Source: Deltaproteobacteria bacterium
Lineage (GTDB): Bacteria; Desulfobacterota; RBG-13-43-22
DNA length: 58,878 nt
Direction of reading: 5' to 3'
Assembly: GCA_016219065.1 (NCBI GenBank)
Contig: JACRCK010000092.1
Span: 1-58,878 of the forward strand
The notes under the pieces are model-generated. The model was not told where the DNA came from, made no database searches, and saw only the letters and a program-made list of their open reading frames with translations. This document shows, one piece after another, positions 11,429-20,879 of the stretch. Numbering within the stretch: the stretch's first letter is position 1; each line of letters starts with the position of its first letter. The translations under genes and the position numbers were made by a program.

Positions 11429-11851
11429 CGATCAGCTTTCTGTCAGGACGGTTATGGTCATCGTTAGCTAGGGTCCGAGACCCGGGTGGAAAAAATTTCC
11501 CCGGCGCCTCGGAAATGAAAAGGTTGTCTTTGATTCTAAAAGAAAACCGCGCGGAGGTCAAAATAATACCGTTTCCGGTAAGTCGGTGATCCTAGAGCTC
11601 CCTTCATCTACCGGCGGAGGATTTCCAGGCTTAATGAACCTGGCGGCTGCCGGCCTGGAAGTTTTCAGGGGCCCCGGCTCTCCGGCTTTTTATACGGGGC
11701 CAGCGGGAGTCCGAACCTTTTTCCCCTTTACTATCTCTGCCGACCCCATTATAATATTTGCTTAAGCGTCTTCGCTCCAATCCCTGTTCAGAGGACCTTC
11801 CGCCAAGACCGGTTTTTTTCAAATTACTATCGAGGAGGCACAGGACATTTT

Positions 11852-12913
11852 ATGCCCCACTCCATCATTACCGGGACCGGCAGCTATATCCCGACCCGGC
11901 GGGTAGCCAACAACGATTTTTTGAATCACGAGTTCTACGGCCCGGACGGGAAAAAACTGATCCGCCCGAACCCCGAGATCGTCGCCAAGCTGCAGGAAAT
12001 CACCTGCATCGAGGAGAGACGTTACGTGACCGACGACCTCAACACTTCGGACATCGCCTTTCTGGCGGCCGAAAAGGCCCTGGAGGGAGTGGACCGGGAA
12101 ACGTTGGATTACCTTATCGTCGGTCATAATTTCGGCGACGTGCGCGCGGATAATCCCCAGGGCGACCAGGTCCCCTCCATTGCCGCCCGGGTGAAGCATA
12201 AGCTGCGCATCAAAAATCCCTACACGGTCGCCTACGATGTCCCTTTCGGCTGTCCGGGGTGGCTGCACGCCCTGATCCTGGCCGACCACTATATCAAATC
12301 CGGCGGGGCCAAAAAAATTCTGGTCGTCGGGGCCGAGACCCTCTCCCGGGTTTCCGATCCCCACGACATGGACAGCATGATCTATTCCGACGGCGCCGGG
12401 GCGGCCCTGGTGGAGCCGACCGACCGGGAGGTCGGAATCCTTTCCCACGTCACCCGGTCGGATACGCTGGAGGAAGCCTATCTGTTGTGGTACGGTCCCT
12501 CCAACCATCCCAGCGCTTACGGGAACAGGATCTTCATCAAGATGCACGGCCATGAGATCTACAAATATGCCCTGAAACACGTGCCGGAAGTGGTCCAACG
12601 CTGTCTCGACCAGGCCGGGTTGACCTTGACCCAGGTCAACAAGGTCCTCATCCACCAGGCCAACCAGAAGATGGACGAGGCCATTCTGAAACGGTTGTTC
12701 AAGCTCTATGCTATTCAGGATATCCCCGCAGACATCATGCCCATGACGATTGGCTGGCTGGGCAATAGTTCGGTGGCTACCCTGCCGACCCTGCTGGACC
12801 TGATCCTGCGGGGCCAGGTGGAAAACCAGCGGCTCCATCCCGCTGACCTGGTGGTTTTTGCCTCGGTCGGCGCTGGCATGAACATCAACGCCCTGGCCTA
12901 CCGGATGCCTTAA
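11852..12913 (+). CDS. 3-oxoacyl-ACP synthase III (KAS III/FabH-like) family protein
   Basis: 353 aa with active-site Cys context FGCPGWLHAL, His in LIHQANQKM, and Asn in GNSSVATLP. Confidence 0.8.
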   Translation: MPHSIITGTGSYIPTRRVANNDFLNHEFYGPDGKKLIRPNPEIVAKLQEITCIEERRYVTDDLNTSDIAFLAAEKALEGVDRETLDYLIVGHNFGDVRADNPQGDQVPSIAARVKHKLRIKNPYTVAYDVPFGCPGWLHALILADHYIKSGGAKKILVVGAETLSRVSDPHDMDSMIYSDGAGAALVEPTDREVGILSHVTRSDTLEEAYLLWYGPSNHPSAYGNRIFIKMHGHEIYKYALKHVPEVVQRCLDQAGLTLTQVNKVLIHQANQKMDEAILKRLFKLYAIQDIPADIMPMTIGWLGNSSVATLPTLLDLILRGQVENQRLHPADLVVFASVGAGMNINALAYRMP

Positions 12914-13116
12914 AAAGTCATTGGTCATTAAGTCATTCGGTCATTTTCAGGCATCGCGGGTGCCCCGCTCGTAACAGATGCCGGTTTTAATAACCCCGGC
13001 AGGGCCCCCTGTCTTCCCGTTAAAAATTAACAATTGATCATTGATTATTGTCTTTAGTGTTTTGTTTTATTCACCTGCTAATCAATCCGGCCTATCCGGA
13101 GGTCTGAAATCAGAAA

Positions 13117-15378
13117 ATGAACGAAGCTCATATCCTAAAAATCGCCCAGGAACTAAATCTTTCCTCACCACAGGTCAAAGCCGCTGCCGAACTGCTGGCC
13201 GGGGGGGCCACGATCCCCTTTATTGCCCGCTACCGCAAGGAAGCCACCGGCTCCCTGGATGAGGTGGCCGTCGCCGCCGTCCGGGACCGGCTGGAGCAAC
13301 TCCAGGAGTTGGATCAGCGGCGGGAGGCCATTTTCAAATCCCTGGAGGAACGGGGCCTGCTCATGGAAGACCTGCGGGACAAGATCCAGGCCGCCGGGAC
13401 CCTGGCCGTTCTGGAAGACCTCTATCTGCCCTTCCGGCCCAAACGCCGGACCCGGGCCACCATCGCCCGGGAGAAGGGACTGGAGCCCCTGGCCCGGGAC
13501 CTTTTCGAGCAGGGAGCGCTGGATCCCGACGCCGAGGCCGGAGCCTACGTCGACCCCGAAAAAGGGGTGGAATCGGTCGAACAGGCCCTGGCCGGGGCCC
13601 GCGACATCATCGCCGAATGGATCAGCGAGGATGAAACCGCCCGGGGCCGGATGCGTGAGACCTTTGCCTCCCAGGCGGTTTTCCGGTCTAAAATCATCGC
13701 CGGCAAGGAAGAGGAAGGGAGCAAGTACCGGGATTATTTCGACTGGGAAGAGCCCGTGACCAATGCTCCTTCGCACCGGATCCTGGCCCTGCGGCGGGGG
13801 GAAAAGGAGGGCTTTCTGATCCTGCGGGTCATCCCTCCCGAAGAGGGCGCCCTGGAGAATCTGGAACGACTCTTCCTCAAAGGGGAAGGACCGGCTTCCC
13901 GGCAGGTGCAATTGGCTATCCACGACGGGTACAAAAGACTCCTGGCGCCTTCCATGGAAACCGAGATCCGCCTGGAAACGAAAAAAAAGGCCGACGAGGA
14001 AGCCATCCGGGTCTTTGCCGAAAACCTCCGCCAACTCCTGCTCGCCCCGCCCCTGGGCGGTAAAAGGGTCCTGGCCATCGATCCCGGTTTCCGGACCGGG
14101 TGCAAGGTGGTCTGCCTCGACCCGCAAGGGAAGCTGCTCCACCACGAAACCATTTTTCTGTTGTCGGAAAAAAACGTCGCCCAAGCCACCGCCCGCATTC
14201 GGGAGTTGAGCGATCGTTTCGCCATTGAAGCCATCGCCATCGGCAACGGGACGGCCGGACGGGAAACCGAAACGTTCATCCGTGGTCTCGATCTGCCCCG
14301 GAGCCTGGCGGTGATCATGGTCAACGAGAGCGGCGCCTCCGTCTACTCGGCCTCCGAAGTCGCCCGGGAGGAATTCCCCGACCAGGACGTTACCGTTCGT
14401 GGGAGTGTCTCCATCGGTCGGAGACTGATGGACCCCCTGGCCGAGCTGGTCAAGATCGACCCCAAGTCCATCGGCGTCGGCCAGTACCAGCACGACGTGG
14501 ATCCGGGCGCCCTGAAACGCAGCCTGGACGACGTGGTGGAAAGCTGCGTCAACCGGGTGGGGGTGGAGGTCAACACGGCCAGCCGGCAGTTGCTGACCTA
14601 TGTCTCCGGGTTGGGGCCGCAACTGGCCAAAGGGATCGTAGACTACCGCAACACCCACGGGCCCTTCCATTCCCGGGAGGCGCTGAAGCAAGTGCCCCGC
14701 CTGGGACCCAAGGCCTTCGAACAGGCCGCCGGCTTTCTGCGCATTCGCGCCGGTGAGAACCCGCTGGACGGGAGCGCCGTTCATCCGGAGTCCTATCCCC
14801 TGGTCGATGCCATGGCCCGGGACCTGGGCTGCACGGTGGCCGATCTGCTCCGCGATGAAATCCTCCGCAGCCGGATCGACCTTACGCGCTACGTCTCGGA
14901 CCAGGCGGGGCTGCCCACCCTGCAGGACATCCAGGCCGAACTCTCCAAACCCGGACGGGATCCCCGGGAACGGTTCGAGGCCTTTCATTTCGCCGAAGGG
15001 GTAGTGAAGATCGAGGACGTCCGGCCCGGAATGAAGCTGCCCGGGGTGGTGACCAACCTGACCGCCTTCGGGGCCTTCGTGGACATCGGCGTCCATCAGG
15101 ACGGCCTGGTGCACGTGAGCGAAATAGCCGACCGTTTCGTGAAAAACCCGGCCGAAGTGGTCAAGGTCCAGCAGCAGGTGACGGTCAGGGTGTTGGAGGT
15201 GGATCTGGCGCGGAAGCGGATTTCCCTGTCCTTGAAGAGCGGCTCCCCTGCGGCAACGGCCGGTCCCCCGAAGAAAAATCCCCCCAAGCAGGAGCGGCGC
15301 CTGGAAAAAGAAGCCCCAAAGCAGGATAAATTTTTCAACAACCCCTTCGCCGCCGCTTTCGGAAAAAAACAAGCCTAA
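13117..15378 (+). CDS. tex: Tex-like transcription accessory protein (YqgF/HHH/S1 domains)
   Basis: 753 aa with N-terminus IAQELNLSSPQVKAAAELLAGGATIPFIARYRKEATG and C-terminal S1 domain GVVTNLTAFGAFVDIGVHQDGLVHVSE. Confidence 0.95.
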   Translation: MNEAHILKIAQELNLSSPQVKAAAELLAGGATIPFIARYRKEATGSLDEVAVAAVRDRLEQLQELDQRREAIFKSLEERGLLMEDLRDKIQAAGTLAVLEDLYLPFRPKRRTRATIAREKGLEPLARDLFEQGALDPDAEAGAYVDPEKGVESVEQALAGARDIIAEWISEDETARGRMRETFASQAVFRSKIIAGKEEEGSKYRDYFDWEEPVTNAPSHRILALRRGEKEGFLILRVIPPEEGALENLERLFLKGEGPASRQVQLAIHDGYKRLLAPSMETEIRLETKKKADEEAIRVFAENLRQLLLAPPLGGKRVLAIDPGFRTGCKVVCLDPQGKLLHHETIFLLSEKNVAQATARIRELSDRFAIEAIAIGNGTAGRETETFIRGLDLPRSLAVIMVNESGASVYSASEVAREEFPDQDVTVRGSVSIGRRLMDPLAELVKIDPKSIGVGQYQHDVDPGALKRSLDDVVESCVNRVGVEVNTASRQLLTYVSGLGPQLAKGIVDYRNTHGPFHSREALKQVPRLGPKAFEQAAGFLRIRAGENPLDGSAVHPESYPLVDAMARDLGCTVADLLRDEILRSRIDLTRYVSDQAGLPTLQDIQAELSKPGRDPRERFEAFHFAEGVVKIEDVRPGMKLPGVVTNLTAFGAFVDIGVHQDGLVHVSEIADRFVKNPAEVVKVQQQVTVRVLEVDLARKRISLSLKSGSPAATAGPPKKNPPKQERRLEKEAPKQDKFFNNPFAAAFGKKQA

Positions 15379-15405
15379 CCAAAAAAATTTGAAATTTTTT
15401 TGGTT
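15377..15405 (+). terminator. AT-rich perfect hairpin overlapping the tex stop codon
   Basis: AACCAAAAAAATTT-G-AAATTTTTTTGGTT, a perfect 14-bp palindrome starting inside the tex TAA. Confidence 0.5.
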
Positions 15406-15451
15406 GGAAAAAACCGCTGAACGAGAACCCAAGAGAACGTAGTTTTTTATT

Positions 15452-15509
15452 TAGATTCTTACAGCCATTGTTAGAGACAAATTTTCAGAACAATGGCTGT
15501 AAGAATCTA
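15452..15509. terminator. Perfect 21-bp inverted repeat with 16-nt loop between convergent tex and PAS-DHp genes
   Basis: TAGATTCTTACAGCCATTGTT (15452-15472) and AACAATGGCTGTAAGAATCTA (15489-15509). Plausible bidirectional terminator or protein-binding site. Confidence 0.5.
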
Positions 15510-15582
15510 AAGAGGCCTCTCGGACAACCCGGCTGCGGCTTCCTAGGCTGGGTCAGGCAGCTCCGGTCGCAACTGGACCTAA

Positions 15583-16302
15583 TCAAGCGCCCTGGTCCAG
15601 ATCAAAAATCCTTTTCCCGGCCGCATAATCCTTGCTGGCATAGCGGGTGATCCGAGCCAGCTTTTCCGAAATTTTTTCCAAGCGTTTGACGTTTTCCAGG
15701 ACTGTCAGGGCGATATCCTGTTCCAGCCCGCCCCGGGGCAAGCGTTTGACCAACTGTTCCAGACCGGAGATGATCACGGTCAGGGGCTGGTTGATCTCGT
15801 GGCTGGCCCCGCCGGCCAGTTCCAGGATACCGCTCAGCTTTTCCTTCTCCCGCTCTTCCAGTTCCAAATTCTTTCTCAGGGTGATATCCCGGGAAAGGTG
15901 GACGACCCGGACGACCGTCCCGTTTGGCTCTTTCAAGGGGTAGGTCGTGATCTCAAAATATAGGATTTTTCCGTCTGGGCCGCTATGGGCATGCTCGACG
16001 TTGGCGGGCTTTCCGGAGGCCACGGTTTCCGCCAAAGGGCAGGGGCCATGTCCGGGCTCCTGGTGACAGGGCGCCTTCAACTGGTGGGTGATCTCATAAC
16101 ACTTTTTTCCCAGGACTTCGTTCCGGCTCAGACCGTAGGAATCCAAAAAGGCTTGGTTGACTTCGAGGATTTCATACGTCCTCGCCTCCAGCAGCAACAG
16201 GGAATCGGAAATTCCCTGGATGATGGCCTCCTGTTCCTCGAGCCGTCGGCGGAGACGCGCCACCGTTTCCGGACGGTCCTTTTCTTCCCGGGGCTTATTC
16301 AT
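15583..16302 (-). CDS. PAS domain plus HisKA (DHp) protein lacking an ATPase domain
   Basis: 239 aa. PAS region carries the Cys motif KKCYEITHQLKAPCHQEPGHGPCPL. H-box is GGASHEINQPLTVI. The protein ends about 60 aa after the H-box with no N/G boxes. Confidence 0.8.
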   Translation of the reverse strand: MNKPREEKDRPETVARLRRRLEEQEAIIQGISDSLLLLEARTYEILEVNQAFLDSYGLSRNEVLGKKCYEITHQLKAPCHQEPGHGPCPLAETVASGKPANVEHAHSGPDGKILYFEITTYPLKEPNGTVVRVVHLSRDITLRKNLELEEREKEKLSGILELAGGASHEINQPLTVIISGLEQLVKRLPRGGLEQDIALTVLENVKRLEKISEKLARITRYASKDYAAGKRIFDLDQGA

Positions 16303-17755
16303 GCTCCAGGGAACGTCCCTTTCCGCCGATAACCGCCGCCAGTTCCCTAACCTGGTCTTTCATCGTCTCGGAGCGGGCGTACAGCTCCTCGGCGGCGGCG
16401 GACGATTCTTCCGCGCCGGCCGCATTTTTCTGCACCACCCGGTCCATCTCGTTCATCGCCTGCTTGATCTGATCGATAGCCCGGGACTGTTCATTCGAGG
16501 CCGCGGCTATTCCGGCCACCAGGATCCCCCCCTGCTTCGCCCGCTCGCCCACTTTTCGGAAAACTTCGTTGGTCCGGGCCATCAGCTCCGAGCCCTCGTT
16601 TACCTTATGGACGGTACCTTCGATAAGGTCGTAGGTGTTGCTGGCCGCCTCGGCCGCCTGCCGGGCAAGGTTTCGTACCGCGTCGGCGACCACGGCAAAG
16701 CCGGCCCCGGCCTCTCCGGCCCGGGCCGCCTCCACGGCGGCGTTGAGCGCCAGCAGATTGGTCTTAAAGGCGATTTCATCGATGGTTTTTATTATTTTTC
16801 CCGTATCCGCGCTGGCGGAGGAAATCTGGTCCATGGACTGGATCAGTTCCTTCATGGAGCGGTTGGCCTCTTTCAACACCTGTCCGGCTTCGATCATGAA
16901 ACGATTGGCCTGATCGGCGCTTTCGGCGTTCTGCCTGGTCGTGGCCGACATTTCCTCGATAGCCGCGGAGGTCTCTTCCAGGCCGGCGGCCTGTCGGGAG
17001 GCATCCTCCGCCAGGGACTGGCTGGCGCTGGAAACCTGCCCGGAAACCCCGGATACCGTTTGAATGCCCTCCCAGAGGGTCTGGCCGATATTCCCCATCC
17101 GCCGCAGGGCCGCCCGCAACGTCAATCCCAGCCCCAGGGCGAAAAGGATGGGCAGGGCCGTAACCAGGGCCACAACCACCATCCAACGATAAGCCCCGGT
17201 CTCGGCCTGGGCATAAGCCCGTTTGCGATATTCCGTCATTTGGTTATTGAGGTCGAGAATGATCGTTTTGTTCTTCCGCCACAAAGGCGTCTCCCGACTG
17301 TTCAGGATCTCGATGGCCTGGTCCTTCTGTCCGGCCTTGACCGTGGCGCTGATTTCCAGCAGGACCTTGATATCTTCCTGCTCCAGAGCGGCTATTTCCT
17401 GCACCTTGGTCGCCAGGCCGTTCTCCCCCGCCGCCCTGGTAACCTCGGCCAGACGCTGGCAGGCGGCGTTGAACTCCGCCGCCGCCGTTTCCAGATTTTT
17501 AAAAGCGGTCCCGTTGCCGGGGTCGAGGATAATGTTGCGGATGGCCTGGCCCTGTTGCAGACCCTGGCTGTAGATGTCCTTGACGCCGATGAGCATAGCT
17601 TCGGCCTGAGGCACCAGGTGGGTAACGACCCGATTTATTGTCCAAACCGCGTTGAGGGCCATTCCCGAGGCCAGGGCGGTAATCGCGCAGGTGATCAGGA
17701 TCCCCACCAGGGCCTTTTTCCTGATATTGGTTTTCAATATTTCCACCACAAACAC
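16295..17755 (-). CDS. Methyl-accepting chemotaxis protein
   Basis: 486 aa with N-terminal TM, sensor helices, second TM/HAMP, and signalling domain IAFKTNLLALNAAVEAARAGEAGAGFAVVADAVRNLA. The GGAGG abuts the annotated GTG, so the true start may be 2-3 codons downstream. Confidence 0.9.
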   Translation of the reverse strand: MFVVEILKTNIRKKALVGILITCAITALASGMALNAVWTINRVVTHLVPQAEAMLIGVKDIYSQGLQQGQAIRNIILDPGNGTAFKNLETAAAEFNAACQRLAEVTRAAGENGLATKVQEIAALEQEDIKVLLEISATVKAGQKDQAIEILNSRETPLWRKNKTIILDLNNQMTEYRKRAYAQAETGAYRWMVVVALVTALPILFALGLGLTLRAALRRMGNIGQTLWEGIQTVSGVSGQVSSASQSLAEDASRQAAGLEETSAAIEEMSATTRQNAESADQANRFMIEAGQVLKEANRSMKELIQSMDQISSASADTGKIIKTIDEIAFKTNLLALNAAVEAARAGEAGAGFAVVADAVRNLARQAAEAASNTYDLIEGTVHKVNEGSELMARTNEVFRKVGERAKQGGILVAGIAAASNEQSRAIDQIKQAMNEMDRVVQKNAAGAEESSAAAEELYARSETMKDQVRELAAVIGGKGRSLEHE

Positions 17756-17927
17756 CTCCAGGACGCTACCGGCGGATTACGCCCCGATAAAAAGTAAGGA
17801 AGATAAATATTTTTATCAGCTCCCAAAAGATAATCGGCAATTGCGGAAAAAACTTAACGCTGGAGTTTTTTCATTCCCTGTGGATAATTGAAAAGACAGT
17901 CTCTATAAAGGTTCGCTGCCAACGATT

Positions 17928-19778
17928 ATGAACGTCAAGCTTTCCAATTTCGCCCCTTTTCTCTCCTGGATGCGCCGTTACCGGCGGCCGCACTTCCAGG
18001 CGGATCTGTCTGCCGGCCTGACGGTGGCCGTGGTGGCCCTGCCCCAGTCCATGGCCTATGCCCTGATCGCCGGTCTGCCGGTGCAGTACGGCCTGTATGC
18101 CTCGATCGTCCCCACCCTGGTTGCCTGTCTGTGGGGCAGCTCGGCCCACCTGATCACGGGCCCGACCACGGCCGTCTCCCTGGTGATCTTCAGCGCCCTG
18201 AAAAACCTGGCTCCTCCGGGAAGCCCGGCCTTTATCGAGCTGGCCTTTTGGCTGGCGGCTTTTTCCGGGCTCATTCAGATCGGCATGGGGGCGGCCCGGA
18301 TGGGCAACCTGCTGGATTTCGTCTCCCGCTCCGTCCTGCTCGGCTTTACCGCCGGCGCCGCCGTACTCATAGCCTTCAAACAATTGCCCGGATTGTTCGG
18401 CCTGACCGTCCCCAAGGGGGGTCATTTAGTGACCACCCTTTTTCATCTGCTCGGAACACTGCACCAGTCACATCTCATCACCTTGGGCCTGGGGGTTATT
18501 ACTATGGCGGTCATCTTGATCTTGAAGAAAATCCGGCCCGCCTGGCCCGGGACGCTGTTCGCCCTAGTCCTGGTCGGACTCCTGGTTCATATCTTCCGCC
18601 TGGACTCCCGGGGCGTGGCGGTGATCGGCGCCGTCCCCCGGAGCCTGCCCCCCTTTCATCTGCCATCCTGGGACGCCCTGGATAATCTCGGCCAACTGGT
18701 TTCCGGGGCCCTGGCCATCGCCCTGCTGGGACTGGTGGAGGCCGTCTCAATAGCCAAATCCATCTCGGACCAGACCCGGCAACGGCTGAACATCAACCGG
18801 GAATTCGCCGGCCAGGGCCTGGCCAATTTGTCGGCGGCCATTTTTTCCGGTTTCCCGGTAAGCGGGTCCTTTACCCGGTCGGCTGTAAATTTCCGCTCCG
18901 GGGCCCGGACCCCGCTCAGCGGGGTCCTGTCCGCGCTGGCCGTGGCCGCCACCGTACTGGCCGCGGCCCCGCTGGCCGGTATCCTGCCCCTGGCGGGACT
19001 GGCCGGCGTCCTGGTCCTGGTGGCCTACGACATGATCCATTGGGCGGACCTCAAGCGGACCATCCGGGCCACCCGGGCCGATGCCGCCGTGCTGGTGGTG
19101 ACCTTTCTATCCACGCTGCTGCTGAACATCGAATTCGCCATTTACGTGGGCGTCCTCCTGTCCATCGGCCTGCATCTGGCCAAAACCTCCCGTCCCCGGA
19201 TTTACGAGGAGATCCCGGACTTTCTGACCGGCAAGATGAAGCCCGCCGGTCTGGCCGACAGTTGCCCGCAAGTGGATATCGTCTATATCGAGGGATCGCT
19301 CTTCTTCGGCTCCGCGGCCTTCGTCCAGGAGGACCTGCTGCGCCGGCTCCGCAATCACCCCCGGGCCGTCGCCCTCCTGATCCGCATGCATCGGATCAAT
19401 ACCCTGGACGCCAGCGGGGTCCACGTGCTGGGACTGCTGCTGGAAGAGGTCCGCCGCCGGGGGGGGGATATGTATCTGGCCGGGGTCAACCAGCGGGTCT
19501 TCGAGGTGTTCCGGGATTCCGGCTTCCTCCGGGAACTCGGGGAGACCCACCTGCGGGACACCACCGGGTCCGCCATCCGCCAGGCCATGCGGGAAACCTT
19601 CTTTCCGGAGGATTGTTCCGCCTGCGAACTGAACATTTTTCAGGAATGCCCCGACCTTAAAAAGGGACGGTGGGAAACCCTGGGGAAAGGGGTCAAGGCC
19701 AGGACCTGCGCCCTGCCGGCCAGAAAGGCCGCGGCCGACACGGGACCGCCTTCCGGTTTGAAAGGGAGCGCCTCATGA
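17928..19778 (+). CDS. SulP family anion transporter with C-terminal STAS domain
   Basis: 616 aa with LSAGLTVAVVALPQSMAYALIAGLP, multiple TM segments, and a STAS-like region (RINTLDASGVHVLGLLLEEV). There is a Cys-containing C-terminal tail. Confidence 0.9.
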   Translation: MNVKLSNFAPFLSWMRRYRRPHFQADLSAGLTVAVVALPQSMAYALIAGLPVQYGLYASIVPTLVACLWGSSAHLITGPTTAVSLVIFSALKNLAPPGSPAFIELAFWLAAFSGLIQIGMGAARMGNLLDFVSRSVLLGFTAGAAVLIAFKQLPGLFGLTVPKGGHLVTTLFHLLGTLHQSHLITLGLGVITMAVILILKKIRPAWPGTLFALVLVGLLVHIFRLDSRGVAVIGAVPRSLPPFHLPSWDALDNLGQLVSGALAIALLGLVEAVSIAKSISDQTRQRLNINREFAGQGLANLSAAIFSGFPVSGSFTRSAVNFRSGARTPLSGVLSALAVAATVLAAAPLAGILPLAGLAGVLVLVAYDMIHWADLKRTIRATRADAAVLVVTFLSTLLLNIEFAIYVGVLLSIGLHLAKTSRPRIYEEIPDFLTGKMKPAGLADSCPQVDIVYIEGSLFFGSAAFVQEDLLRRLRNHPRAVALLIRMHRINTLDASGVHVLGLLLEEVRRRGGDMYLAGVNQRVFEVFRDSGFLRELGETHLRDTTGSAIRQAMRETFFPEDCSACELNIFQECPDLKKGRWETLGKGVKARTCALPARKAAADTGPPSGLKGSAS

Positions 19779-20716
19779 AGATACTGGTTTATCTCGACCA
19801 AAAATCGGACTCCCGCCAGGTCCTCTCCTTTGCCTCGGCCTTGAAAAACCGACTGGGGGCTGAACTGGCCATCGTGGCCGTTCAATCCGGGACCCAGGCC
19901 ATAGAAGAGCTGCCCGCGCCGGGGGTCCCGCTGCCCTTGCAGGAGCTGGGCCGGTTTTCGCCGGGAATGCGGTTGCTGACGGAGGCCCTGGGAATTTTTA
20001 CGGCCGAAGGCCTGCTGGTTCCACAAAGCGAAGTCACCATCAAGGACGTTCCTCTCGGCCACCTTTTTACCGGGACGACCCCCAACGGAGAGAAGGTCCC
20101 CTTCTACGAATGTTTCGGCCACCTGGTGGAAACGCTCAACCGCCTGGTGGACGAGCATTCCTATCATCTGCTGATCGCCGCGCCGCCCCGGAACCCCCAT
20201 CTGGCCCGCTTCTGGGCGGGCGACCGCACCCGGGACCTGATTCTGGACCTGCACACTTCCCTGCTGTTCGTCCGGGGGGGCGGGCCGGACGACCGCTACC
20301 TGATCTGCGCCGACGGCTCTCCGTCCTCCCGCCGCCTGTTTCCTTTTTTGAAGCACCTGCTGCCGGCCATCAAAGACCCGCTGGAAATCCTCTGGGTCAG
20401 AAAACCCGACAACGGCAGCGGGGCCGTTCAGGCGGCCGAAGAATGCCTGGCCCATGCCGACGAATGGCTGAGCAGTTGCGGAAAAACCACGGTCCACCAT
20501 CGGCTCCAGGGGCACCGGCCGGCCGATCTGATCCTGCAGACCGCCGGGGCCCAAACCGTCATCGTGCTGGGGGCCAGTCTCAAACATGACCTGGTGCGCC
20601 GCCTGAAGGGTAGCCTGCCCATGGAAATCATCGCCCGGACCGAGGCCACCGTGCTGCTGGTGAAGCTGCCCCACGAGCCCGATATGGAATTTTTCAAGGC
20701 GCCGTTTACCTGTTGA
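19775..20716 (+). CDS. Tandem universal stress protein (USP)-like protein
   Basis: The ATG overlaps the SulP stop (ATGA). Two alpha/beta repeats begin MKILVYLDQKSDS... and YLICADGSPSS... and end ...TVLLVK. Family call is moderate. Confidence 0.55.
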   Translation: MKILVYLDQKSDSRQVLSFASALKNRLGAELAIVAVQSGTQAIEELPAPGVPLPLQELGRFSPGMRLLTEALGIFTAEGLLVPQSEVTIKDVPLGHLFTGTTPNGEKVPFYECFGHLVETLNRLVDEHSYHLLIAAPPRNPHLARFWAGDRTRDLILDLHTSLLFVRGGGPDDRYLICADGSPSSRRLFPFLKHLLPAIKDPLEILWVRKPDNGSGAVQAAEECLAHADEWLSSCGKTTVHHRLQGHRPADLILQTAGAQTVIVLGASLKHDLVRRLKGSLPMEIIARTEATVLLVKLPHEPDMEFFKAPFTC

Positions 20717-20800
20717 ACGATTTGCCTGTAGCCTGTACGGTGGATCAAGCGCAGCGGATCCAAAGCTCCTGCGCGAACGTTGACCCGGTATTTTCGTATT

Positions 20801-20846
20801 GATTCGATGTTCGATGTTCGATGTTGGACGTTCGATGTTCGTCTTT
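20801..20846 (+). repeat. Family A heptamer array, copy A4
   Basis: GATTCGATGTTCGATGTTCGATGTTGGACGTTCGATGTTCGTCTTT, preceded by CCCGGTATTTTCGTA. Confidence 0.9.
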
Positions 20847-20879
20847 ATTTTCGTATAAAGGTTTATCAAGGTCTGGACC

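Noticed and set aside
11460-11850. Long 5' region upstream of the KAS III gene as a possible riboswitch or sRNA
   Set aside because: Only short weak hairpins (CCAGG-N9-CCTGG, CCGG-CTCT-CCGG) and a TATAAT box were seen. No match to any riboswitch core I can recognise by eye.
13165-15432. 755-aa minus-strand ORF opposite tex
   Set aside because: It is a typical high-GC antisense shadow ORF (Gly/Pro/Arg-rich, no motifs). The tex frame has unambiguous domain motifs.
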